Source: Bdellovibrionales bacterium
Lineage (GTDB): Bacteria > Bdellovibrionota > Bdellovibrionia > Bdellovibrionales > UBA1609
Length of the DNA stretch: 60,207 nt
Direction: 5' to 3'
Assembly: GCA_028283955.1 (NCBI GenBank)
Contig: JANQSP010000055.1
Coordinates: 1 to 60,207, forward strand
This document shows positions 40,910 through 51,918 of this stretch, one piece after another. Below the pieces are notes generated by a model that saw nothing but the letters and a program-made list of their open reading frames with translations, did no database searches and was not told the origin of the DNA. Position 1 is the stretch's first letter; the number at the start of each line of letters is the position of its first letter. The translations under genes were made by a program, and so were the position numbers.

Positions 40910-41416
40910 TTACTTTTTTCCATCACCCCAAAATTCCAACTGTACGTGACGGGTTTCTTTATATTCCCCAAAGGAAAGTATAAGTCTTATATAATTCCAA
41001 ATGGGAGGAAGAGAACACGGATTTAAAAGATTGGCCCATTCTATAATGATCAAATTCTTTTTTTCCGGCTCCGAAAAAACATCCCAAAATCCTGTCGATT
41101 CCAGATCCTCATCATTTTTTAAACGATATAAGTCTATATGTTGTATAACACCAAAAGAAGTTGAATAACTGTGATGAACTGAAAAAGCAGGTGATACCAC
41201 TTGCCCTCCCCCTTGCAGCCCTTTCCCGTCCCCTTCCTTTTCAGTACCCCGATCATCTTCCGCTAAAAAATCAAACAACAAACGAACAAAAGTGGTTTTA
41301 CCCACTCCCAGCGGACCTTCCAACAATAAAACCTGCGGCTTTTTCAAAAGAGTTCCTAACTCCCTCGCAAAGCCCCTCATGTCCTCTAAATTTAAATTCT
41401 TCTTAAAGCTATTCAT
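40910..41416 (-). CDS. tsaE: tRNA t6A biosynthesis ATPase TsaE
   Basis: LEGPLGVGKTTFVR, VSPAF, HIDLYRL and IIEWA. ATGA overlap with nnr. Confidence 0.95.
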   Translation of the reverse strand: MNSFKKNLNLEDMRGFARELGTLLKKPQVLLLEGPLGVGKTTFVRLLFDFLAEDDRGTEKEGDGKGLQGGGQVVSPAFSVHHSYSTSFGVIQHIDLYRLKNDEDLESTGFWDVFSEPEKKNLIIIEWANLLNPCSLPPIWNYIRLILSFGEYKETRHVQLEFWGDGKK

Positions 41417-42930
41417 CTGAGTTTTTTTAAAACAAAGGGTAAAATATCCTTTAGGTCCTGAGCCATCAAGCTGTCTTTATCTTTTCCGGATTTCGTCCAC
41501 TCTTCCGCCAGGCTTCCATGAACAAAAGCCGCTACGGCGGCTGCAGAAAAAGCATCCAAAGAGCGAGCCATTAAAGCTCCAACAAAGCCGGTTAACACAT
41601 CTCCTGTCCCCGCTTTGGCCAAAGCTGAATTTCCTTTGGGAATCATCCAACATCTATCCTGTTGAGCCAATACAGAATAAAACCCCTTCAATAACACCAG
41701 GCAACCTGCCCTTTGACTCGCTTTCATGGCATAAGCACAACGATCCTCATCCACTTCCTTTCCTGTCATGTCAAATAATCGAGCCAGCTCGCCACTATGA
41801 GGAGTTAAAACCCAATGGGCAGGCAAAGGAAACAGATTTTCCCTTACACAAACCGTAAAAGCATCCGCGTCCACCACGACCGGTAATTGTGTTTTCTTTA
41901 GAGCCAGCAAAAGCTCCTTCGTTTCTTCTCCCGTTCCCAACCCCGGACCGATAGCCACCGCTGTTTTATTTTTTAATAATTCAGGATCCGATAATTTCTG
42001 CGCCAACACATCCGGAATTTTTTTACTTAGGACAGGTTCAGAAAAGTGATTAACATCTGACCACAGGGGAGAAGCCCAGGTTACATATCCAACACCCATG
42101 CGATAAGCGGAAAGGGAAGCCAAAATCCCTGCACCTATAAAACCTTCCCTCCCGGCTAATACCAGCAAATGCCCTTGCTTTGCCTTATGATCCGTAGGCT
42201 GACGCTCAGGAAGTTGAGAGGCCACCCATGACCTTTCCACCAGGAAATGGGTATCCGCCTTTTCTGACAGAAGAGAATCCGGAAATCCGATAGAAAATAT
42301 TTTAAGACAACCGACATGATAAGGGCCCTGCATCAGATAAAACCCCGGCTTGGACAAACCAAAAGTCAAAGTGAGATCGGCCCTTACCGCCTGTCTTTTT
42401 ACCTGTCCCGTATCCACATCCAAACCGGAAGGGGTATCCAGGGCTATAACCTTTTTACCGGATGAATTCACCCACTGTATTAGCTCTGCATAAAAGCCCT
42501 TTATATCTCCCATTAAGCCCACACCAAAAAGAGCGTCCACAATAAGAGAACATTTTTCACCTCTTTCTTTTATCTTCTGCATTTTCTCCAAGGAATGAAG
42601 AGTAATGTTTAAAGCTCTTAACCTGTCTTTTTGCTTTTCCACCAGAGTGGAACCTTTTGTGTCAGGACAAAATACCTCAACATCTATCCCTTCAGAAATA
42701 AGATGACGGGCTACCACCAAACCATCTCCCCCATTATGTCCCGGCCCACACAAAACCATAACAGAAGGTGATTTATTTTTTTTATGTTTCCTCAGGATTT
42801 CCCGAGCTGATAAAACCCCTGCCGACTCCATCAAAACTTCAGCGTTTAAACCATAATCTTTTTCCGCCAAACGATCTATCTCAGCACTTTGAGCTGAACC
42901 GGCCAAAGGAATCATTTCATCTTCTTTCAT
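41413..42930 (-). CDS. nnr: Bifunctional NAD(P)HX epimerase/dehydratase
   Basis: LMESAG, GPGHNGGDG, VDALFGVG, GPGLG, LTPHSGEL and LAKAGTGDVL. Confidence 0.95.
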   Translation of the reverse strand: MKEDEMIPLAGSAQSAEIDRLAEKDYGLNAEVLMESAGVLSAREILRKHKKNKSPSVMVLCGPGHNGGDGLVVARHLISEGIDVEVFCPDTKGSTLVEKQKDRLRALNITLHSLEKMQKIKERGEKCSLIVDALFGVGLMGDIKGFYAELIQWVNSSGKKVIALDTPSGLDVDTGQVKRQAVRADLTLTFGLSKPGFYLMQGPYHVGCLKIFSIGFPDSLLSEKADTHFLVERSWVASQLPERQPTDHKAKQGHLLVLAGREGFIGAGILASLSAYRMGVGYVTWASPLWSDVNHFSEPVLSKKIPDVLAQKLSDPELLKNKTAVAIGPGLGTGEETKELLLALKKTQLPVVVDADAFTVCVRENLFPLPAHWVLTPHSGELARLFDMTGKEVDEDRCAYAMKASQRAGCLVLLKGFYSVLAQQDRCWMIPKGNSALAKAGTGDVLTGFVGALMARSLDAFSAAAVAAFVHGSLAEEWTKSGKDKDSLMAQDLKDILPFVLKKLR

Positions 42931-43015
42931 AGTTTAATCAAACCTCATATTTATTTCATTTGTATATAGCCGTCTCTTTGAGTGACACATAAACTATTTT
43001 CTCCAACTAATTATA

Positions 43016-43150
43016 ATCTATGAAGTCAAAAGTCAGCTCAAAAGCTCAGACATGCGTTTTGCCACAGAGCCGTCATCCCCGCGAAGGCGGGGATCAGCCG
43101 CTCTGTGATCAAAGCCGAACTCGTTTTGACCTGCTTTTGACTTCATAGAT
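43016..43150. mobile_element. MITE-like nested palindromic element with REP-like core
   Basis: 17-bp perfect inverted repeats ATCTATGAAGTCAAAAG (43016-43032 and 43134-43150), an inner CACAGAGC/GCTCTGTG pair, and the core hairpin GTCATCCCCGCGAAGGCGGGGATC. Confidence 0.7.
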
Positions 43151-43231
43151 AAGTATTTAATAGATACATACTTAAAGCTGTTTTTCTGAAGGAAATTTAC
43201 ACTAATAAAAATTCCTTTTCTGGACTCTCGT

Positions 43232-44608
43232 TCAAGCAGGGTTGAGATTTTCACGAAGAAAACAAGTCACTTCATCCGCGTAATTTTGAATTAAGCTTTT
43301 ATCCTCTCCTTCTATTAACACTCTCACAACCGGTTCTGTTCCTGAATACCGTACATATACCCGGCCCTTATCTTTTAATCCCTTCTTTATATTTTCCATC
43401 AAATGATTATACCCTGGAATACTATTCAATTCACTTTTCCTGTTTATACGAACGGCGGTTTGAATTTGTGGAACAGACACTAAAACAGATCTTAAATCCG
43501 AAAGCGCCTTATTCTCCGCACACATAACAGCCAATACATTCAAAGCGGCCACACAGCCATCTCCTGTAGTACTTTGATTCAAAAAAACAATATGACCCGA
43601 AGGTTCCCCTCCCAGGACAATATTGTTTTTCTTCATATATTCCACTACATTTCGATCACCCACTTCCGTGCGTTCCAGATGAATATTATTTTTTTTCAAC
43701 ATAGTCTCCAAACCCATATTAGACATGGAGGTCGCCACCACCTTATTATTTTTCAACTCTCCTTTTTTCTGTAAACTTAAAGCACAAATTCCAAGGATAT
43801 AATCCCCATTAACCAAATGACCCTTTTCATCCGCCATGATAACCCTGTCACCATCCCCGTCCAGACTGATACCCACATCCGCTTTATTCTTTAATACCGC
43901 TTCCTGCATTTTCTCCAGGTGTAAAGCCCCTGCCTGCTCATTGATATTATATCCACTAGGATCATTCCCTATCACAAACACTTCAGCCCCCAATTCTCCA
44001 AAAATTTTAGGGGCCACTTTATAGCAGGCGCCATGAGCACAATCCAAAACCACACGAAAACCATCCAGAGTATGATTGAGAGGAAATGAATTTTTCACAT
44101 GGACAATGTACCTTCCGGCCGCATCATCAATTCGACGACTGCGTCCCACTCTATCAGAAGAAGCTATTAAATTATCCAGTTCATCAGAAAAAACGAGAGA
44201 CTCTATTTCTTCCTCCACATCCCTGGAGATTTTAAATCCATTTGCATCAAAGATTTTTATTCCATTATCATGGTATGGATTATGGGAAGCGGAAATAACC
44301 ACTCCGGCCGCCGTCCTCATATTTCGTGCCAAAAAACCAATCCCCGGTGTAGGCAAAGGACCGGTTAACTGCACCCACACTCCCATAGAGTTTAGGCCAC
44401 TGGCCAAAGCCTGTTCCAGCATATAACCGGAAAGACGTGTGTCCTTTCCTATTAAAACCATGGGAGCTTTTTTACCTTTATGATTTTTTCTCAGCAAATA
44501 ACCCATAGCCTGTCCCACCCTCAAAACGATATCGGGACGAACAGGAAAACAGTTGGATTTTCCTCTAATACCATCTGTTCCAAAAAGACGACGAGACTGT
44601 TTACTCAT
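43232..44608 (-). CDS. glmM: Phosphoglucosamine mutase
   Basis: LFGTDGIRG, ISASHNP, DGDGDR, GGEPSGH and RYSGTEP. Confidence 0.97.
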   Translation of the reverse strand: MSKQSRRLFGTDGIRGKSNCFPVRPDIVLRVGQAMGYLLRKNHKGKKAPMVLIGKDTRLSGYMLEQALASGLNSMGVWVQLTGPLPTPGIGFLARNMRTAAGVVISASHNPYHDNGIKIFDANGFKISRDVEEEIESLVFSDELDNLIASSDRVGRSRRIDDAAGRYIVHVKNSFPLNHTLDGFRVVLDCAHGACYKVAPKIFGELGAEVFVIGNDPSGYNINEQAGALHLEKMQEAVLKNKADVGISLDGDGDRVIMADEKGHLVNGDYILGICALSLQKKGELKNNKVVATSMSNMGLETMLKKNNIHLERTEVGDRNVVEYMKKNNIVLGGEPSGHIVFLNQSTTGDGCVAALNVLAVMCAENKALSDLRSVLVSVPQIQTAVRINRKSELNSIPGYNHLMENIKKGLKDKGRVYVRYSGTEPVVRVLIEGEDKSLIQNYADEVTCFLRENLNPA

Positions 44609-44708
44609 AGCTTACTTTCTTTTGGAGATAAGATACCGGGTAATAAACAGGACAACCGAATGAAGAAAGAAGCACACATAATACACTGTCTCCTCACCTG
44701 TTAAAAAG

Positions 44709-46679
44709 TCAGGTGATAACCGGTTTCGGACCCCCCAATGGATCCACTCCGGATGGTTCATCTTTTTTTTGCTTTTTCTTCATTTTTTCAGCAGATTCCT
44801 TTCGCTCCTGCTCCAATTTTAAATCATGTTCTTTACGGTTTTTTTCCAGATCGTCCAAACCCGCTCCTCTTGTAATCATATCCACTTCATCACCGCTGAT
44901 TGTTTCATACTGTAATAAAGCCTTTGCCATCACCTCCAATATTTTTCTATTTTCTTTTAAAATATCCACCGCCTTTTTATAAGCGGTATCGATAAGACGA
45001 TATACCTCCTGATCCACCTCTTTCGCCTTGGCTTCCGAGTACTCTCTTCCCTTGTTATATTGAACACCTAAATAGACAGGGCCTTCCCTTTTCTCCAAAG
45101 CGAGGGGGCCCAGTTTTTCACTCATTCCCCATTCACATACCATTCGACGTGCCAGCTCTGTCGCCTTTTCAATATCGTTTCCCGCGCCCGTAGTGTAGTC
45201 CTTAAAGACAATCTCTTCCGCAGCCCTTCCACCAAACAAGAAGGCCAAAGTATTTTCCGCCTTGCTCTTACTGAGATTTAAAGTGTCTTCCTTAGGTAAA
45301 GTTTGTGTCACTCCCAGTGCCATCCCACGGGGAATAATGGTCACTTTATGAACAGGATCAAGGTTAGGCAACCTCTTACCAACAAGAGTGTGGCCTGCTT
45401 CGTGGTAAGCCGTTATTTCGCGATCCTTTTCACTAATCACCATGGATCTTCTTTCCCTCCCCATAATTACCTTGTCTTTGGCTTTTTCAAAGTCTGACAT
45501 TTCAATTTGATTTTTATCAACACGGGCTGCCATAAGCGCTGATTCGTTCACCAAATTTTCCAGATCCGCTCCGGAAAATCCCGGTGTTCCCCTGGCAATT
45601 TTCTTCAGTTCCACATGACTGGAAAGAGGTATGTTACGCGTATGCACTTTTAAAATTTCATGCCGCCCTTTCAGGTCAGGCACATTAACCACCACTCTCC
45701 GATCAAAACGCCCCGGACGCAACAGAGCGGGATCCAACACATCCGGTCTGTTTGTAGCCGCGATGAGAATAATACCCGCCTTACTTTCAAAACCATCCAT
45801 CTCCACTAAAAGTTGATTTAATGTTTGCTCCCTCTCATCGTGCCCCCCTCCCATTCCGGAACCGCGATGTCTTCCAACAGCATCAATTTCATCCACAAAA
45901 ATCACACAAGGGGCACTTTTCTTTCCCTGTAGAAAAAGATCCCGGACACGGGAAGCCCCCACTCCCACAAACATTTCCACAAAATCCGAACCGGAAATAG
46001 TAAAAAAAGGAACTTTAGCCTCCCCGGCTACGGCTTTAGCCAAGAGAGTTTTACCCGTTCCCGGTGGACCTATCAGTAATACTCCTTTTGGAATACGCCC
46101 TCCCAGCCTTGTGAACTTTTTTGGATTCCTTAAAAACTCCACTATCTCCTGCAGCTCCTCTTTAGCCTCCTCCACACCGGCTACATCCTTAAAGGTTACT
46201 TTCTTCCTGTCTGAAACCAGGCGCGCCCGACTTTTACCAAAAGCCAAAGCCTTTCCACCACCGATCTGAAGTTGACGAATAAAAAAGATGAACAATCCGG
46301 CAAAAATGAGAATGGGTAACCAGTTTAAAAGAACAGAAGTCCAAAATGAATTATCCGTATTTACATAAGAAGGGGTAATTCCCTGATTACGTAATAACTC
46401 AAACCCCTTATCTGTCACATTACCCTGAATACGAAACTTTACCCCTTTGTATTTTGCCACCCCTGCTTCAGTCAGCTCCCCTGTAATTTCCTGTTTACTC
46501 GTATTAAACACAATAGAGTCTTTTTTTATTTCTTCATCAGAAAGGGCCTGAATAAATTTAGGATAATTAAAGTCAGAAACATAAGAGCTACGCCGGTACT
46601 CATAAATCTGAAAAAAAACCAGACCGGCCACCAAAAAAAACATCCATAATAAAAACACTTTTCTTCCTGAAGGTTTCAT
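44709..46679 (-). CDS. ftsH: ATP-dependent zinc metalloprotease FtsH
   Basis: Two TM helices, [21 protein letters not shown] and HEAGH. Confidence 0.98.
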   Translation of the reverse strand: MKPSGRKVFLLWMFFLVAGLVFFQIYEYRRSSYVSDFNYPKFIQALSDEEIKKDSIVFNTSKQEITGELTEAGVAKYKGVKFRIQGNVTDKGFELLRNQGITPSYVNTDNSFWTSVLLNWLPILIFAGLFIFFIRQLQIGGGKALAFGKSRARLVSDRKKVTFKDVAGVEEAKEELQEIVEFLRNPKKFTRLGGRIPKGVLLIGPPGTGKTLLAKAVAGEAKVPFFTISGSDFVEMFVGVGASRVRDLFLQGKKSAPCVIFVDEIDAVGRHRGSGMGGGHDEREQTLNQLLVEMDGFESKAGIILIAATNRPDVLDPALLRPGRFDRRVVVNVPDLKGRHEILKVHTRNIPLSSHVELKKIARGTPGFSGADLENLVNESALMAARVDKNQIEMSDFEKAKDKVIMGRERRSMVISEKDREITAYHEAGHTLVGKRLPNLDPVHKVTIIPRGMALGVTQTLPKEDTLNLSKSKAENTLAFLFGGRAAEEIVFKDYTTGAGNDIEKATELARRMVCEWGMSEKLGPLALEKREGPVYLGVQYNKGREYSEAKAKEVDQEVYRLIDTAYKKAVDILKENRKILEVMAKALLQYETISGDEVDMITRGAGLDDLEKNRKEHDLKLEQERKESAEKMKKKQKKDEPSGVDPLGGPKPVIT

Positions 46680-46818
46680 TTGTTCATCACCTCTTTTATT
46701 ATCAGATAAGAAATACTTATATCTGTGCTGTTTTAAAAATTACCTGCTCATCATGATATTGCTGATAAGAATATTTTGCAAGGACAGATTGCTCTGTTCC
46801 TTTTTTCCTTGACCTCTT

Positions 46819-47850
46819 TTATAATAGTTGTAGCCATTGAGCACTCATTGTCCACTTTTTTCCAAGTAAAGAAAAAGTAAACTCCTTTTGAGGTCTGTTC
46901 ATCTGTTTCAACAGCTCCAGTACATGTGAAGCACGATAGTTTTTCAGGCCCTGCCTTTTCATATAGTATGCCAAAATTTTCTTTTTATCCTCCAAAGGAA
47001 AAGCAAAAAAAGCAGAATCTCTTTTTAACTTTTGACCTTCAATCAAGTCATGGCAAATTTTATGTACTCTCTGTTGATCTTTATTGGTTTTATAAGCCAT
47101 TAAACTCAAAGAACGAGACATAGCCTCAACAGAGCCGGCTCTCTTTTTTTCCAGTCGAGGTAACCACTCATTCCGAATCCAGTTTCTAAAGCTATACTCT
47201 GAAGACCGGTTGCTGGGGTCTTCACACCATTTTACCTGTCTTTTTTTCGAGTAATCCAAAAGGCGAGAACGGTTAATATTTACCAGTGGACGTAAAAGTT
47301 TTCCTTTATTAACACCCATTGCTTTTAAGCCCTGTCCACCGGTTCCGCGAATCAGTCGAATCAGACGGGTCTCCAACAAATCATTTGCCGTATGAGCCAA
47401 AACCAAAAAATCCGATTCAGATTTTTTCATATAATGTGAAAAGACCTGATAACGGTATTTTCTCATTTCCGCCTCGTTCACTCCTGAAGAAAGAGAAAAA
47501 CCCATCTCCTTGTTTTCTTTTTTTAAAGAACCCGTATTCACAGAGTAAACAGCTTTATTGGAATAACACTTTATATTGTTTTTCATACAAAAGTTTTTTA
47601 CTGTCTCTGCTGCCTGATCCTGAAAATCCTTTTGCCGTTTACCTTTGGCTCCATGGTGAACATGCACAACGGAAATATTTAAGTTCAACACTTTCTTTAC
47701 TTCCATTAAAACCGAAAGCAAAACCATTGAGTCTATACCTCCGGATACACCCACCAACAGATGACAGTCTTTTAACTCAATAGATTGAAACTGTTTTAAC
47801 AGATAATGAAAAAGAAAATGTTTTGATTTCCGGGTCGCCATAACTTCCAA
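46819..47850 (-). CDS. tilS: tRNA(Ile)-lysidine synthetase
   Basis: VSGGIDS, AHTANDLLET, RPL and EDPSN. Upstream of ftsH; the true start may be 47841. Confidence 0.93.
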   Translation of the reverse strand: MEVMATRKSKHFLFHYLLKQFQSIELKDCHLLVGVSGGIDSMVLLSVLMEVKKVLNLNISVVHVHHGAKGKRQKDFQDQAAETVKNFCMKNNIKCYSNKAVYSVNTGSLKKENKEMGFSLSSGVNEAEMRKYRYQVFSHYMKKSESDFLVLAHTANDLLETRLIRLIRGTGGQGLKAMGVNKGKLLRPLVNINRSRLLDYSKKRQVKWCEDPSNRSSEYSFRNWIRNEWLPRLEKKRAGSVEAMSRSLSLMAYKTNKDQQRVHKICHDLIEGQKLKRDSAFFAFPLEDKKKILAYYMKRQGLKNYRASHVLELLKQMNRPQKEFTFSLLGKKWTMSAQWLQLL

Positions 47851-47948
47851 AGAATATACTGATCCCTTATTTATGTCTATCTAAATAACCACTCCCGTTT
47901 TTTGTAAAATAAAAGTGAAAAAATTATTAAAAAAAGTTAGAAAGATTT

Positions 47949-50000
47949 TTAGTAATCACTTTTGTTGAAATATTTATACAAATCAAAATTAAATTCACTG
48001 GCATATTGTTTAAAAGCGGCTAAGATCATATCGTATAGCTCTCGATCCTTCAGTCTGGCTGTGACAGATAAAAGTCGAAGAGGGGTTGTTGTGCAACGAG
48101 TATCGTGATTCCAAGGTTCAAATGAATTATTGGAAAATAAATCGTCGATATATTTTTTGATATCCTGTTTAAGTTTTTGTCGGTTGGATTGCTGCTTTGA
48201 AGAACTTAGCTTTTTTTGTTCATTGGATTGTATTATTCGATTTAGAATCTTTAAGTAATTTGTTAACCATTTTGGATCTTTATCATTGAGGGGAAGGGCA
48301 TCCAAATCGGCTCCCTGAAATAAGGCGATTTCATGCAAAAGGCCCCATGAGGCCAATTGTGTCTCATACCTTATCTCTTTTTTACTGAATTGAATGTGTC
48401 TATTTCGAACTTTATTGAGATCATCCATAACGTTATATAATATATGTGCGTCAATACAGCTCCAACCCTTATCTGTATTATTTTTACACGAATCTTCAAA
48501 ACCTTGGTATGCCTTTTTCAATTCACCTAGGCCTACAAGAGTCAGGTGTAGCTTTGCAAGATTATAACCATAATTCCACTCTTCCGTGGGCTTAGCATGA
48601 TTCCGAACTGCCCAATTAAGAAACATGGCATTAGCTTTTTGAAACTGTAATTTAGCTTCTGACCAACGATTTAAAATTATAAAAATTTGACCATACTCAT
48701 GAGCGGCACGAGCACTATAAGGTGCTTGTTGAACAAGGATTTCCGCCTTTTTCAGAGCTTTCTGTGGTAAGGCATTACTCTTATACCAAAGTGCAAGATA
48801 GAAATTAGCCCCTGGATGTAAAGGTTGAGCTTTAAGAGCTTTGAGATAATTGTCTTTTTGTTTAGTGCTATCAGACTGTGTTGTAAGTTTGGTAGCTAAA
48901 ATGAGTGTTTCTACATCATTTGGATCAAAGTTAAACAATTCTGTATAGGCATCAGATGTTTTTTTTATTTCGGGAAAGACTTTTTTTATGGTGTCTTGAA
49001 GGGGCTCTCTTTCAACAAGAAAAGAAAGAGCAAGATTATACCAAAGTTTTTCTCTTGGCGAAGCTGAATCTATAAGATGTGTTGAATCTAAAGCTAATTT
49101 CCCGGCAAGAGCCTGCCCCTTCCTTATAGAAATATTGATGTAGCTAATAATCATTCCTGTTATGGGATATAAAGATCTAGGATCGATTTTGTGAGCCATT
49201 TTAAACGAGCGTAATGCATCAGTATAATTGAAGACATGAAGAAAGGCTACCCCTTGATTAACATAAGAATCAAATTTTTTATCTTCAGTTTGAACCCAGG
49301 TTATAGAATTATTCAAAAGTTCTATTTTGATTTTCTTGTTGGCTAATTTAGTGGATACATTTGCAAGACTGTCCGTTTTTTCTATCCTATCTTCATAACT
49401 CTTATAAAGGACCTGAACAGGCTCCAATACTTTTATTTTAGGAGAGGGCTGCCATTTTTTTTCTATATCCCTCTCTAATTTTTTTAGGGATGAAAAAGCG
49501 GAAAGGTAGATAGGTGAGGATATAAGTTTTTCTGTGTATGGATCAACCAAGAAACCCGTATTGTACTCATAAAGACGAATCCCCAGTTTTTCCTGTAGCT
49601 GGGAAATAGATTTATTATTGAAATGACCCCCATAAATCTTTATGGGAACAACTTTTTTGGAGAACCTATTGTAAGCTTTCAAATCACCATGAAGTACGTT
49701 ATCAAACTTTATACAAGGCGGACACCAGTCTGTTCCATATATAAGTAAAATCGGTCTATTGTACTTTTTAGCTATAAGGAGTCCTTCATTCCAGATCTCC
49801 ATTTGATCCTCACATTCAGCATATACTTTTCCACCACATTTCTCCAGATAGGGAATCATAGAGAATATTCCCTCTTCATCCTCTTGGGCCGGAGGGGAAT
49901 GAGGGCTCAAAAACAATTGAGTGGATATTAAAACACAAGTTATACCAAGGCACAGAACAAGAACTAACCATAAGATATTAGAAGGGAAAGCGAATTTCAT
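47949..50000 (-). CDS. Membrane-anchored thioredoxin-like (WCPPC) plus TPR protein
   Basis: N-terminal TM helix, RPILLIYGTDWCPPC and TPR helices (QGVAFLHVFNYTDALRSF, RWSEAKLQFQKA). Confidence 0.7.
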   Translation of the reverse strand: MKFAFPSNILWLVLVLCLGITCVLISTQLFLSPHSPPAQEDEEGIFSMIPYLEKCGGKVYAECEDQMEIWNEGLLIAKKYNRPILLIYGTDWCPPCIKFDNVLHGDLKAYNRFSKKVVPIKIYGGHFNNKSISQLQEKLGIRLYEYNTGFLVDPYTEKLISSPIYLSAFSSLKKLERDIEKKWQPSPKIKVLEPVQVLYKSYEDRIEKTDSLANVSTKLANKKIKIELLNNSITWVQTEDKKFDSYVNQGVAFLHVFNYTDALRSFKMAHKIDPRSLYPITGMIISYINISIRKGQALAGKLALDSTHLIDSASPREKLWYNLALSFLVEREPLQDTIKKVFPEIKKTSDAYTELFNFDPNDVETLILATKLTTQSDSTKQKDNYLKALKAQPLHPGANFYLALWYKSNALPQKALKKAEILVQQAPYSARAAHEYGQIFIILNRWSEAKLQFQKANAMFLNWAVRNHAKPTEEWNYGYNLAKLHLTLVGLGELKKAYQGFEDSCKNNTDKGWSCIDAHILYNVMDDLNKVRNRHIQFSKKEIRYETQLASWGLLHEIALFQGADLDALPLNDKDPKWLTNYLKILNRIIQSNEQKKLSSSKQQSNRQKLKQDIKKYIDDLFSNNSFEPWNHDTRCTTTPLRLLSVTARLKDRELYDMILAAFKQYASEFNFDLYKYFNKSDY

Positions 50001-50025
50001 TAGATTTACTCCTTTTAATAATAGA

Positions 50026-50712
50026 TCATAAACGATTCAAAAACAAAGACTGGGCTATCTCACACCAAAGAGAAAATACCTCTTTCAATTCCGGCTGCAC
50101 ACTATAACTGTGAATAGAGTCATGAGGACGATGAGATACACCACAGCTTCTAATCAAGTCAAAAAGATGAAGATCATTACAAACATTAATGGCCAATCCA
50201 TGCTGACTGACCCCACGGGAAATATGAATACCAAAGAACGCAATCTTACCTTTTTGAGTAAAAAGCCCCGCCGAGCTTTCCCGCTTTTCAGCCAGGACTC
50301 CATATTCTTTTAAAGTCTCCACCGTAATCTTCTCTAAAACGGATAAAAAATCCCGAGGCCGAACCTTCCACTGTAAAAGGTCCATGACCGGATAAATAAC
50401 CAATTGCCCGGGAGAATGTAAAGTGGCCTGCCCACCTCTTTTAATGGTGACAATCTCTATACCTTTTTTTTTATACTCCTCGACAGCGCCGCTTAAGTCT
50501 TTCTCCTCTTCCCCTCGCAGCCCCAGAGTGATACATGCAGGACATTCAAAACCGATGAAAAAAGCCTGACGGGTTTTACAGGCCCGTGCTTTTAACTCTT
50601 CCTGTAAGAGAAGACTTTCCCTGTAAGGTATTCTCCCTTTCCATATTGGTTTGACTTCACCCTCTGTTTTCAAAGAGCCATTACGGGCATCCTGACTGTT
50701 CTTTGCGTGCAT
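50026..50712 (-). CDS. lipB: Octanoyltransferase LipB
   Basis: RGGQATLHSPGQLVIYP, KIAFFG, HGLAIN and IRSCG. Confidence 0.93.
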   Translation of the reverse strand: MHAKNSQDARNGSLKTEGEVKPIWKGRIPYRESLLLQEELKARACKTRQAFFIGFECPACITLGLRGEEEKDLSGAVEEYKKKGIEIVTIKRGGQATLHSPGQLVIYPVMDLLQWKVRPRDFLSVLEKITVETLKEYGVLAEKRESSAGLFTQKGKIAFFGIHISRGVSQHGLAINVCNDLHLFDLIRSCGVSHRPHDSIHSYSVQPELKEVFSLWCEIAQSLFLNRL

Positions 50713-50752
50713 TATTTTCCTTCACACTTTTTACCCAAATAATTGAAAAGTC

Positions 50753-51901
50753 TCACTTTTTAGGGCTTACTTCTAAAATAATCTCATTTTTTCCAACGCG
50801 GGAAACACGAACATAGAAGCCGGGAAACAAATCTTTTTTAATTTGTTTTGAAACAGCTTCAATTGAAGCATTGGTATTTGCAATATAAGTGACAGAGTTA
50901 GACCTAATGACATTCTCCTTCAGTTCTCCCACACTCTTCATTTTTGAGCTTAATAACTCTCTAAACCGGTTAGAGTTTCTGTAACTCATCTTCCCTTTTA
51001 CAGTAATTTTTAATAAATTAGCTGAAATCTGTCCCGCTTCATAAATAGACTGTAGTTGCACCCCGAGACCTTTTGCAAAATCTTTCTGTTGTTTTAAAAA
51101 ATACGCAACGGGATCAAACTGTTTTTCATCTGTTTGAATTTTTTCAAATCGTTCAACTTCCGCCAACAACCGTCCACTGTCTGCATGGTAAACGCTTAAC
51201 TCCACTCGCACACTCAATACAGATTTAATATCAGACTCTCTTATCTTTACCGAACCTGTCATCACCAGATTGCATTCAAAAAATCCCGCTAAATTAAAGA
51301 CATTCCTTTTTTTGGGTTTTTTGAATGACAAACTATCAGGAACAAAGTAACGGCTTCCCGCCACCTCCGGATTGATTAAAAAAAAGCCATAAGACATTAA
51401 TGCACTCTGTACATTATTATAAAATTCACTCATTCGTCTTGATATATCAGTACTAACCTTTTTCTTTATCCACCACCCATATGTTTCACGTTCCACAAGA
51501 TCCTCATACAAAACAAGCGGCAATACTCTAAGATGGGAGGTTCCTGAGTAAAAAAGATCCTCTTCCAGTAAAATTTTTTTCAGATTCTCTGCTGAAAATC
51601 CGATTGTTACAGGGATGATAAAAGATTTACCGTCCTCCTTCTTAATAGGAGGAGATGTGCGTGTATATAAAATATAACGGTTTGAATATGTTGATATTAT
51701 TTTTCGTATTCGTCTTCTTTGTGCCTTTAATTTTGATGGTTCAATAAACTGCTCCATCATCTCAATAGACACTTTCTCTATAGCTGTCTGAACCGCCTTT
51801 TTTACCTCATCAGGTGAGCTTTGTTCTATCTCCAAAGTAGTCTCGCCACTATAAGCAAAAAAAGAGAACAAAAAAGAAACCAAAAAAACAGCTCTATACA
51901 T
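50753..51901 (-). CDS. Exported hypothetical protein
   Basis: 382 aa with a signal peptide (FFAYS), directly downstream of dnaE. Confidence 0.6.
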   Translation of the reverse strand: MYRAVFLVSFLFSFFAYSGETTLEIEQSSPDEVKKAVQTAIEKVSIEMMEQFIEPSKLKAQRRRIRKIISTYSNRYILYTRTSPPIKKEDGKSFIIPVTIGFSAENLKKILLEEDLFYSGTSHLRVLPLVLYEDLVERETYGWWIKKKVSTDISRRMSEFYNNVQSALMSYGFFLINPEVAGSRYFVPDSLSFKKPKKRNVFNLAGFFECNLVMTGSVKIRESDIKSVLSVRVELSVYHADSGRLLAEVERFEKIQTDEKQFDPVAYFLKQQKDFAKGLGVQLQSIYEAGQISANLLKITVKGKMSYRNSNRFRELLSSKMKSVGELKENVIRSNSVTYIANTNASIEAVSKQIKKDLFPGFYVRVSRVGKNEIILEVSPKK

Positions 51902-51918
51902 ATATATCCATCTTTCTA

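Noticed and set aside
43033-43254. 73-aa ORF after glmM
   Set aside because: It runs through the palindromic element (DPRLRGDD is a REP translation) and has no protein features.
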